Positions 17,901 to 26,087 of a stretch of 64,000 nt of DNA are shown one piece after another. Origin of the DNA: Candidatus Poseidoniales archaeon (GTDB taxonomy: Archaea; Thermoplasmatota; Poseidoniia; Poseidoniales; Poseidoniaceae); contig QQRY01000018.1 of assembly GCA_003602575.1 (NCBI GenBank), positions 21,632 through 85,631 of the forward strand, read 5' to 3'. Below the pieces are notes generated by a model. The model was given only the letters and a program-made list of their open reading frames with translations, was not told where the DNA came from and ran no database searches. The position numbers and the translations under genes are program-made. How positions within the stretch are numbered: position 1 is the first letter of the stretch; every line of letters starts with the position of its first letter.

Positions 17901-20000
17901 GATGATATTGGGAGTCCAATGACTTTGAATCTCAATTATTGGGTTGAAGCAGATCATGATTTGAATCGAAATGGGTTGGCAGATGCCGACGAATATGTAA
18001 TTCGTCAAGTTGAAAATCTAACCGACGAGCCGAATAAATGGTTTTCTTCAACTATCGATCATTCTAGAAATCCAAATATGGGTAGAGTCTCGTATTTTTG
18101 GAATGGTTTTGATTTAGCTGGTAATGAAATGTTCAGTGAATATCTCGATTCCGAAGGAGAGACTCAAACCTATCAAACCACTCATGGATTTGACTATGAC
18201 GATGCAACATTCGTCACTCGTAAAGATTCTGTTGCGGTTTTTACAGGATTAGAATGGGTGGGCCATTCTGATAATGAACCTGTCTACTCAGGCAAAACTC
18301 AAACTATATCATTTGGATTCGTAGATGAAAATACAGTCATTGATTTCGAGCACATCTCCCTAGTCTTTGACTTTGAAGGGCCAAATCCAATCAATGATGC
18401 CCAGAGAATTTCTTATTCTGGATTGAATAATACATTTTGGTCTGAAAGTGATTTTATCACTCTTTTACCTTCTAGTAAAATGACTCAAACGATTAACTCC
18501 TCGGGGCTTCCTTTGATTATGATTGACTTTGTATTCAAGTTCGGCTGGGATTGGCCTGATGAGGAAATGAGTGATGTGAAATTATTATTCAAAGAAAGAG
18601 GTTCACTTATGGACACTCAAATTTTGCTTATTGAACATACCTTCAAAGTTGAAAACGATCTTATTATTGCTCCGATAGATTATTCGGTATTGGACATAAG
18701 TGAACCCAGGGTTGGTGAAGTTGCTGACGGAAGTAGAGTTCGCAAAGATGACCGTTTATCATTTAGTGGCAAAGTGATTTATGAAGGCAGTAATATCCCT
18801 GTCCCTAGAGATATTGGGATTCTTGTTGAAGTATTTGATGGTGAATTAATTTGGAGTGATGGTTCGCTAGGAGAAGAAGGAGAATTCCTGATTGAAGTAC
18901 CCCTATCTTCAGCACAATCATTGCAAACATCTCCTTCAAGAACATGTTTGATTTCTATCACAAACATACCTGGTAAAGGCGAGGATATGTCCAATCAACT
19001 TGTCTCAACTACCTTACAAGTTGTAGTTGATGATTCAGCACCTAGGGTTGTAAGGAGAGTTTCCCCACTAAATATTATCGATATTTCCTCAAATACAGAT
19101 TTGACCAAAATTCCTGTTGAATTTACTGGATTAGAAGATGCTGATTTGACCGGTTCGGTTCAAACAGTTCACTGGGTGATGAAAGATTCGACCAAGACCA
19201 TAACTATCGGTTCGGGCTCATCAGTATTAGGGATGCAACAGGATGGTCAGAATGTGATATGGTCTGGAACTGTTGATTTGACCGATGGTGGACGAATCAT
19301 GCCTCGCTCCGGAGACTTCGTCGGATACTATCTGACCGGTTGGGACGCTGCAGGAAATCAATTCCCAAAGATTTCCAATTCAGAAGCGAGTCCTATTCCT
19401 GAATTAGCTTCGGATGATGATGACTTTGAACGCCAGTGGGTTAAACTAGGCAGTAGTGGTCCAGAATTGAGCGTCTACAGTATCTCGCTATCAGATGATC
19501 ACATCGCTCCAAGCACTAAAATTGATATTGAAACCGTGATAGTAAATGATGGCGGCTCGACTTTATCTCCATTCAAGGTTGCATTCTTTGCAGGAGATAG
19601 TAGTGAACCATTTGATTCTGTAACCGTAGCAGGAATAGAAGAAAATGAGAGAGTAACTGTATCTACTGTTTGGGAAGCAGAAGAAGTTAGTCGAATTAGG
19701 GTCGAAGCAGATTATGGAAACTACATTGTTGAAGTAAATGATGACGATAATACAGCGGAACACTCTGTAGATGTTGCTTATGCTAAATATCTAGGATGGA
19801 TAGACTCGCCAAGAGAAAATCCTCTTACTTGGATTTTCATCATTATTACTCTAATCACGTTAGTTGTCGTAGTTTCTGTAGCCTCTAAGACTTCTCTAGA
19901 CTTCTCAGAGGGAGCCCTACAAGAAGACTTTGGATGGGAAGATGACGAAGAAGAATACGAAGATTATGATGAAGAGAATGAAGATGATGATGACTATTAA
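14916..20000 (+). CDS. Large secreted, C-terminally anchored surface protein with CARDB-like domain
   Basis: SD GGAGGTG then in-frame TTG 14916; signal peptide KRALFLITLFLVSIYAPLA; CARDB-like IVNDGG...DYGNYIVEVNDDDN; TM helix; acidic tail. Confidence 0.8.
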   Translation: MKRALFLITLFLVSIYAPLASSSMTANQFDDGSTSFQHSFTASGDVNAGEITMPYGAEVTDATFRFRGEASQTSWTNFTTNSDYGGQGDSNGYISGNVPRPFSSGYRYYLNTQNQGMELQGNPTNAVNSLSRATDVSSIGSAEHNVSGQFVALSDQGYSSLSMKYSDFSVSSSTSWGYVGVVVLYEDEYMVMKYSSTYPSQQPTILRINASTGAYIGTASFNAGSCSTTSSNSLYYNMYDATVYNGSIWTVHYSYYTVNKWSIVETPTSLTWNCQQSWYSSSQGYINGVDFDENTGKMYLSTYRYQSSDHYLHEVNPSNPTMINGTWSIGSAAGISSSYGSGLIVNLPTVIYNEYDRSTSGYPSRHYFFNFNGISPTLMGSEEMSNRGHYGLTESGDGKLLYVCHYTSYCSSSARKIHRSGDGSLEFSDLTTTSSETIYGRTYTLSTSIDTIFVKSLIGRIPSGTDLKLELSNDGGSSWVNAYPGQQIVFPQLGNTLDWRVEMTSSSTGISPIIDSVGIEYFATYRTSGYFYAYQYVGSGTSSTVAATLNWTGNTPSGTNIQVSFGAASSSSSCSSSSSGVTTWTKTEPGVTKSISGSSYYLCVRIQLTTSNSAVTPSISDLSIAQHSNAPSEPALLIDGVKVWSRSSSEGALVGTQTITAENPADSIITTLNNLIPDTGSGLVVIPINISSESTGLLALEQFSITYIMRTVNLDIEITEGGILHQRLEPYEVVTRHVIGEDASEMTRATLTFMTEVGSNPVLEWENGDVFPLPNDPDNYIELDSSSWSSEVNGILEIHWRFSVNIDFPEQSEVRFKADCTDNSGTNGFSPVDLISNEALSVNHTYGLGWFKVRDNSGLVVSDDVPDNSWLAGGETVFFQGAMWYLGSEDAPLDNMFDVRVSREGWVESTARDTINNNGSFFIPITMPNSDNPDGYTFEIQTYNEFNPSLSVQPNDSWRRTFRVDATAPLKVDTSPADESYEAASFAQEVTVLVKDDIGSPMTLNLNYWVEADHDLNRNGLADADEYVIRQVENLTDEPNKWFSSTIDHSRNPNMGRVSYFWNGFDLAGNEMFSEYLDSEGETQTYQTTHGFDYDDATFVTRKDSVAVFTGLEWVGHSDNEPVYSGKTQTISFGFVDENTVIDFEHISLVFDFEGPNPINDAQRISYSGLNNTFWSESDFITLLPSSKMTQTINSSGLPLIMIDFVFKFGWDWPDEEMSDVKLLFKERGSLMDTQILLIEHTFKVENDLIIAPIDYSVLDISEPRVGEVADGSRVRKDDRLSFSGKVIYEGSNIPVPRDIGILVEVFDGELIWSDGSLGEEGEFLIEVPLSSAQSLQTSPSRTCLISITNIPGKGEDMSNQLVSTTLQVVVDDSAPRVVRRVSPLNIIDISSNTDLTKIPVEFTGLEDADLTGSVQTVHWVMKDSTKTITIGSGSSVLGMQQDGQNVIWSGTVDLTDGGRIMPRSGDFVGYYLTGWDAAGNQFPKISNSEASPIPELASDDDDFERQWVKLGSSGPELSVYSISLSDDHIAPSTKIDIETVIVNDGGSTLSPFKVAFFAGDSSEPFDSVTVAGIEENERVTVSTVWEAEEVSRIRVEADYGNYIVEVNDDDNTAEHSVDVAYAKYLGWIDSPRENPLTWIFIIITLITLVVVVSVASKTSLDFSEGALQEDFGWEDDEEEYEDYDEENEDDDDY

Positions 20001-20080
20001 GCATCATTTTCTAAATCAAAAGCATCTACAAATCCTCAAAAGTAGTGGATGTAAGGATACTCCGCGGGGGTGGGGAGAGT

Positions 20081-23000
20081 ATGTCAAATGTATTTTCCCA
20101 TCTGCATCCTAGCCTCCAAAGTTCGTTGAATGATAAAGGGTGGACAGCGACTCCAATTCAAGAGATTTCAATACCTGAAATTATAGAAGGTAAAGACCGA
20201 CTATTGATTGCTCCAACTGGTTCTGGAAAGACACTTTCTGCTGTATTGCCTATTATCCATAGATGTTTAGATGAAAATTGGGATCCACTTGCAATACTAT
20301 ACATTACACCCCTCAGAGCGCTTAATCGTGATATTGACAGGAGGCTTCACGATATCGCTGAATCTGTAGGCCTTAAAGTCGGCATTAGACATGGAGATAC
20401 TACTCAAAGTGAAAGAACTAAGCAGACTAGAAAGCCACCCCACATTTTAGTAACCACTCCTGAAACTTTTCAATTGATGTTCACTGGTAAAAATTTGAGG
20501 AAACTGTTGAAATCTGTTAGGGCAGTAATTATTGATGAGGTACACGATTTGGCTGCGAGTGAAAGAGGCTGGCAGTTATCGATTGGACTTTCAAGATTAG
20601 AAGCACTTTCGGGTAAGAAGGTACAGAGAATAGGCCTTTCAGCTACAGTAGGTAACCCAATGGAGGTGTCTAAATGGTTATCCAATCATGATGGTGAGCC
20701 AATTATTGCCACGGGGCAGAGGACAACACAATTGATTGTAGATACTTCACTACCATTGAATGAAGATGAAATAGGTGGTATCGAATTAGCATTACCTCCC
20801 AGGGCGCATGCCACTTTTAGAGAAATGATTGGAATCATTAGAGAAAACCCTCCATGCTTACTATTTGTAAATAGTAGAAATGATGCAGAAACCATCGCAA
20901 ATAGATTGCAAAAGATGGCGCCAGATGTCAAAATTGGAGTGCATCACGGTTCTTTAGCAACTCAAACTAGAGTTGAGATGGAAGACCAATTGCGTAAAGG
21001 AGAATTATCTGGCTTAGTCTGTACTTCAAGTCTAGAATTAGGAATTGATGTAGGTAAAATAAGTCGAATAATTCAGATAAAAAGCCCTCGTTCTGTTGAT
21101 CGAATGTTGCAGCGTGTTGGACGTGCGGACCACCGTTTAGGAGGCATTGGAATTGGAAACCTTCTAGCATGGGATTGTGATGAAATATCAGAGTCTGCAG
21201 TTATTGCAGAAAAAGCGATGAAACATGAATTAGAACCGGTAGAATGGCGTAAATCCCCTAAATCAGTTGCTGCAAATCAACTGGTGATGATGGCACATTC
21301 CTTTGGAGCATACCCAATTGATGAAGCCACAGAAATTCTATCCAGTACATCCCAATTTGAAGGTTGGACAAGAGAAAAAACAGAGGCATTACTTACTGTT
21401 TTATCCGATGGCTGGATACTTAGATTTACTTCTAATCCAAATGAATTACCTTGGTATCGTTGGCCAAAAACAGTCTATCAATTAGCTCGAGAACAAACTA
21501 AAGATATCGAATTACCAGAGGACAGACCATTATTTTCTGTTCCTGAAGAAGAAATAGACCCAGCATTAAAACAGATAAAAGTAAAAGTTCCAAAGAGATA
21601 TCAAAAAGGATGGTTCTCTACTGCTGGAAGAACAAGACAGTGGGTGACAAATCACCTTTCTATGATTCCCGATAAGCAATCATACAGGGTTAGAGACAGC
21701 GTTACTCGAAAGACTATTGGTACGGTAGACGAAGCATTCGTTCTTTCTCTAAATGATTCAGGTGAAGATGAAGATGGTACGACAAGAAGGTTTGTTATCG
21801 CAGGTCGAACATGGATGATAATTGATGCAGACCCAGAAAAATCTGAACTGCTAGTAGTTCCAGTATCCGATCAAGCAAAAGCACCTCAGTGGGTTGGCGA
21901 ATTACCTCCAGTGCCTCCCGATATTGCAAGAGACATAGGTAGATTGAGAGGTTTGATTGCTGAGGAATTCAAAATATACTCTCCTCAAAGCGATGATTTG
22001 ACTCAAGAAATAGACTCAACCCAGATATTCAACAGAAGAAAAACCAGTGTTTCTGATTATCCGCTCAATGATTATGCACTCGGTATGCTATGCGAAGAGA
22101 TAGGCTCTCACGTTGAGAAAACCGATAGTTTACCTACCGATAGAAGAATGACAATCGAGGAAAGAAATGATGCTTTGATGGTCAACTCTTGTCATGGCTC
22201 AAAAATTAATGAAACACTTGGCCATTTAATCTTAGCAATGGCTTCTACTAAATCAGGCCACTGGGGGAGATTGATAGTTGAGCCAACTAGAATTGGTCTT
22301 CAAGCAAGCCAGGTTAAGGCAGAAGATATCGTAGGTTGGCTAAAAAATACCCCTCCAGAGGCCTTGGAAGGAATTCTAAGTGTAACACTCCCCAATTCCC
22401 GACAAGTCAGATGGAGATTTGCTCAGGTCGCTAAAACATTTGGAATTCTTAGGCATGGTATTGACCCTCGTAAGATAAATCTTCAGGGCTTGTTAAAGAA
22501 ATACAGGGGGACAATAGTGATGGAAGAAGTACTTGAGAAATTATTCTTTGAAAGGATGGATTTGGATGGGGCTAAAGATGTTTTAAGAGCAATTCAATCG
22601 GACATAATAAAAATCGAATTAACTCCTTCAGGTCCTTTGGGAGTGTCTAGGCGTTCAAGTCGAGATTTACTTTTACCAAATTGGGATAATGCCGCTGTTC
22701 GAGAAAAATTGAAATCACGTCTGACTAATGAAAGGGCTGTTTTGTGTTGTCTAAAGTGTAAATCAAAAAGACGTTTTAGAGTAGCTAAATATCCTGAGAT
22801 AAAAGATGCAAAGATTTGTTTGAAGTGTAAAGGAACAATGCTTGCATGCTCCAGGGAAGGAATGGAAAAGATGCTAGAATCTTGGGTCAATTCAGATGAT
22901 GAAGGTGATCAAGTTCGTATGATGAAGAATGCTGAATTAGTTCAAAATAGAGGATATGAGGGTATTTTATGTCTTATGGCAAGAGGAATTGGAGAAGCCA

Positions 23001-23110
23001 CAGCGCAGAGAATTTTAAAGAAAGTTCCTAGAAACAATATAGATAAATTACTCAAAGCTATTCACAATGCAGAAATTGAATACGCAAGGACAAGAAGGTT
23101 TTGGGGTTAA
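20081..23110 (+). CDS. lhr: ATP-dependent helicase Lhr (archaeal)
   Basis: APTGSGKT, PLRALNRD, DEVH, GLSAT, HHGSL, SSLELGID, QRVGRA; C-terminal CxxC...CxxC. Confidence 0.92.
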   Translation: MSNVFSHLHPSLQSSLNDKGWTATPIQEISIPEIIEGKDRLLIAPTGSGKTLSAVLPIIHRCLDENWDPLAILYITPLRALNRDIDRRLHDIAESVGLKVGIRHGDTTQSERTKQTRKPPHILVTTPETFQLMFTGKNLRKLLKSVRAVIIDEVHDLAASERGWQLSIGLSRLEALSGKKVQRIGLSATVGNPMEVSKWLSNHDGEPIIATGQRTTQLIVDTSLPLNEDEIGGIELALPPRAHATFREMIGIIRENPPCLLFVNSRNDAETIANRLQKMAPDVKIGVHHGSLATQTRVEMEDQLRKGELSGLVCTSSLELGIDVGKISRIIQIKSPRSVDRMLQRVGRADHRLGGIGIGNLLAWDCDEISESAVIAEKAMKHELEPVEWRKSPKSVAANQLVMMAHSFGAYPIDEATEILSSTSQFEGWTREKTEALLTVLSDGWILRFTSNPNELPWYRWPKTVYQLAREQTKDIELPEDRPLFSVPEEEIDPALKQIKVKVPKRYQKGWFSTAGRTRQWVTNHLSMIPDKQSYRVRDSVTRKTIGTVDEAFVLSLNDSGEDEDGTTRRFVIAGRTWMIIDADPEKSELLVVPVSDQAKAPQWVGELPPVPPDIARDIGRLRGLIAEEFKIYSPQSDDLTQEIDSTQIFNRRKTSVSDYPLNDYALGMLCEEIGSHVEKTDSLPTDRRMTIEERNDALMVNSCHGSKINETLGHLILAMASTKSGHWGRLIVEPTRIGLQASQVKAEDIVGWLKNTPPEALEGILSVTLPNSRQVRWRFAQVAKTFGILRHGIDPRKINLQGLLKKYRGTIVMEEVLEKLFFERMDLDGAKDVLRAIQSDIIKIELTPSGPLGVSRRSSRDLLLPNWDNAAVREKLKSRLTNERAVLCCLKCKSKRRFRVAKYPEIKDAKICLKCKGTMLACSREGMEKMLESWVNSDDEGDQVRMMKNAELVQNRGYEGILCLMARGIGEATAQRILKKVPRNNIDKLLKAIHNAEIEYARTRRFWG

Positions 23111-24153
23111 ATTGCCTCATCTTGTAAATTGATTCTTTCAGCAGCCTCAACAACATCCCCTTCATGCCACCAATCTACAGCGATAAATGTCGGCCTTTTC
23201 CCATGCTGACTCCAACATTCATTGGCTCTTTCAACTAGAAAATCAACATCATTTGCCTCACCTGCTTGTGTTGGGTCTGCCAAGCCAACAGCATTACTAA
23301 GCCAATTATTCATATGATATACCGCTTGATTTCCATCACCTCTTAAGACATCACAATTCATTTCAGATGTACTTCTTTCTCCATAATTAGTGGTCCAACT
23401 ATGGGTCAAGAAATCATGAATCCAAGGGTGACTAGAATCAGACCCTTGTTCCCAAAATACAACTAAATTAGTTCGTTCATCAATCATGGTTTGCAGTGTC
23501 GGCCATGGTTCATTCATTTGATGATAAAATACCTTGTCCATAAGGCCGGCTTCGATAAAAACCTGTTCTAAGTGGTCTGGTTGTACATAATTTTCAACTA
23601 GAAGTGTAACGACATCTTGAGTCTCATCATCCATCTTATCTTTCAAATTCGAGAGCCAATCAACCGCACTAACATTTCCATATCTGCATGGGCTAGCACC
23701 TCGATCGTCATCTCCATGACAAAGTTTGACTTTACCTTCACTTTCATCGTTTAATGTTTCATAATGAGTGTCAATCATGAAAGCTCTAATTCCAGCTTGC
23801 CATTGAGGATTAAATCCAGTTCGATGATTGCTGGCAGGATAAAAAATGCCATCATCCTCGGTAGCAAATGCATTGTGAGTCTCAGGGAAAGTCACATTAT
23901 CATATGTCCTTAAACATAGAATAATCATTCCATTACAAGGTTTTGTTGGTTCAGGCTCTGGTTCGGGTTCAGGCTCTGGTTCGGGTTCAGGCTCTGGTTC
24001 GGGCTCAGGCTCTGGTTCGGGCTCAGGTTCAGAAACTTCCTCAGTCGAACCGTCTTTTTCTGAATCATTTGTCCCTAATGGGTCTGTAGGGTCAATACAT
24101 CCAGATAATAGCATCAAAATGATGACAAACAATGTTATGTTTGTCCGGCCCAT
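23107..24153 (-). CDS. Putative lipoprotein with PI-PLC X-like phosphodiesterase domain and Glu-Pro linker
   Basis: LLSGC lipobox; THNAF, GIRAFMIDTH, LCHG, VVTLLVEN, PTFIAVDW motifs. Confidence 0.75.
   Translation of the reverse strand: MGRTNITLFVIILMLLSGCIDPTDPLGTNDSEKDGSTEEVSEPEPEPEPEPEPEPEPEPEPEPEPEPEPTKPCNGMIILCLRTYDNVTFPETHNAFATEDDGIFYPASNHRTGFNPQWQAGIRAFMIDTHYETLNDESEGKVKLCHGDDDRGASPCRYGNVSAVDWLSNLKDKMDDETQDVVTLLVENYVQPDHLEQVFIEAGLMDKVFYHQMNEPWPTLQTMIDERTNLVVFWEQGSDSSHPWIHDFLTHSWTTNYGERSTSEMNCDVLRGDGNQAVYHMNNWLSNAVGLADPTQAGEANDVDFLVERANECWSQHGKRPTFIAVDWWHEGDVVEAAERINLQDEAI
23947..24030 (-). repeat. Coding tandem repeat, (Glu-Pro)14, built from 18-bp units
   Basis: Plus strand GGTTCAGGCTCTGGTTCG x3, one variant GGCTCAGGCTCTGGTTCG, then a partial unit. 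Confidence 0.95.
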
Positions 24154-24190
24154 ACATGTCCGAGGATGATTAAAGCAATCAATTCAACGG

Positions 24191-24634
24191 TTAAAGGTCA
24201 ATAGTTCTAACAATCACGCCAGCTTCAGATATCATGCTATTTGAAATATTAAAATCTTCAATCCACCTTTCTGGTATTTCACCAGGTGTTGGATAAATTA
24301 TTTCTTTAATTCCAGATTGAATTAACGAACGAGCACATCGAGAGCATGGTGGCCAAGTGACGTATGCAGTGCTACCTTTGAGAGAAACACCGATTCTAGC
24401 AGCATGCATGATTGCATTTTCTTCAGCATGACAAATGAGAGGGTATTTTTGTTCACGATCTAGTAGTCTTTCTTCATCGTCTTTGATTCCTCGAGGAAAA
24501 CCATTGAATCCAGTAGAACGAATCTCTCGGTCTTCACCAACTACAACACATCCGACCTTAGTTGATGGGTCTTTACTCCAGTTAGCAATATGCATGGCGA
24601 GTTTGACAAATCTAACATCCCATTTTTCACTCAT
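24191..24634 (-). CDS. dCMP deaminase
   Basis: WSKDPSTKVG, STGFNGFPRG, CHAEEN and PCSRC zinc motifs. Confidence 0.9.
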   Translation of the reverse strand: MSEKWDVRFVKLAMHIANWSKDPSTKVGCVVVGEDREIRSTGFNGFPRGIKDDEERLLDREQKYPLICHAEENAIMHAARIGVSLKGSTAYVTWPPCSRCARSLIQSGIKEIIYPTPGEIPERWIEDFNISNSMISEAGVIVRTIDL

Positions 24635-24663
24635 GTCAACCAACCATCTCACACACCACTTAT

Positions 24664-25962
24664 CTATGATTGCTTCGGCAGGATAGAAAGTTCTTCATCA
24701 CTGTCTAGGCCTAAATAATTGAGGATATTCCCTTGAAGATATAATGAACCTAAACTAACAATTAATCCATTATCTGATGCTTCAAATTTAGATAAATATT
24801 CAAAAACCATCTCTGCATTTTCAAATTCTTTAACATCGTCAATGGGCCATTTATATTGAGCCAAAATACTCGTATCAACACCAGGATATCTACCGCCTAA
24901 TGGCCTTGTTAAGCATATTTTATTTGGAGGGTTCGGGCTACATAATCTAGAAACATAATCGAGCATTTCAGTCAGGTTTTGTTGGGGGGATGTACCGTAA
25001 ATCAATGTCCAATTCTTTTTACCATCAATCAATGGAGTTAATCTTTCAATATTCTCTTTTAGTTCTGGAATTACTCTCAATAATCCCGAAGGGTTGTGAG
25101 CGGCGTCTAATAGCAATATGTTGGATTCTGTTTCTATTATTTGCATCCTTGCAGGCCATCGAAGTCTATTTTTAGCCTGTGAAATATTGGTGCATGGTAT
25201 TTCCAATATTTTGAATAATTCTTGGACAAGAATTTCTGCTTCATCTTTGATACTATAATTGTCAGGAATTATGACAAAATGAGGAGTAGCAGGGCTTTTA
25301 ATTTCTCCAATACTTTCGTTACCAGCATTTTCACATTGTTGGATGACTGCTTTCTTGAAACTCTCATTTTCCATGTCTCTGATCACTATTGGTTTATTTG
25401 GTCTTGCAATAGCGGCTTTTTCAGATGCGATTTGTTCTAATGTCTCTCCAAGAATATCTGTATGTTCGCAGGAAATTGAAGTAAGTAGGCAAGCATGAGC
25501 AGGGATACATCTTGTGGCGTCAAGTCTTCCACCTAGCCCTGTTTCAATGATAATAAATTCAACCTTTGATTCAATTGCACAAAGTATAGCGATTAAGAAA
25601 GTAGTTTCAAAAAAAGTTAATTGAATACTTTCTTGTCCTACCTCCCCCGTTGCTGATTTGTAAATTTTTTCTAACATAGATTGGAATAATTCATTAGAAA
25701 TAGGCTTACAATCGACCCTAAACCTTTCTTCTATTCTAGAAACATGAGGGGAGGTGAATAGTAGGTTTGAAATCCCAGACATTGTCAAAGAAGCAGCCAT
25801 TAGAGAGCATGCAGAACCTTTACCATTGCTTCCAGCAACATGGATAATTTTTGTTGATGAAAAATCTAAATTCAATCTTTGAATCATTGAATAGGTGTTT
25901 GCTAAACCCAAGGCCATACCATTCTGTCGCGTCGAGTCTAACCACCGGTTTGCTTTAGACAT
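24664..25962 (-). CDS. folC: Folylpolyglutamate synthase/dihydrofolate synthase
   Basis: HVAGSNGKGS, FTSPH, TFFE, ETGLGGRLDAT, EKAAI, WPARMQ, LDAAHNP, GSLYL. Confidence 0.9.
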   Translation of the reverse strand: MSKANRWLDSTRQNGMALGLANTYSMIQRLNLDFSSTKIIHVAGSNGKGSACSLMAASLTMSGISNLLFTSPHVSRIEERFRVDCKPISNELFQSMLEKIYKSATGEVGQESIQLTFFETTFLIAILCAIESKVEFIIIETGLGGRLDATRCIPAHACLLTSISCEHTDILGETLEQIASEKAAIARPNKPIVIRDMENESFKKAVIQQCENAGNESIGEIKSPATPHFVIIPDNYSIKDEAEILVQELFKILEIPCTNISQAKNRLRWPARMQIIETESNILLLDAAHNPSGLLRVIPELKENIERLTPLIDGKKNWTLIYGTSPQQNLTEMLDYVSRLCSPNPPNKICLTRPLGGRYPGVDTSILAQYKWPIDDVKEFENAEMVFEYLSKFEASDNGLIVSLGSLYLQGNILNYLGLDSDEELSILPKQS

Positions 25963-26087
25963 AGTCGGTCAAAACATTCCATCAAGTTTTATTGCATAGC
26001 ATCTCCTATTGATTTAGTGTTTATTTATCGCCCCCATAGGGGGCGAATGTCCGTGACACTCAAATGCAATATAGACTACGCCACACT

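Noticed and set aside
23947..24030. Regular short repeats as a possible CRISPR array
   Set aside because: Contiguous 18-bp units without spacers, in frame within a CDS encoding (EP)n; no cas genes.
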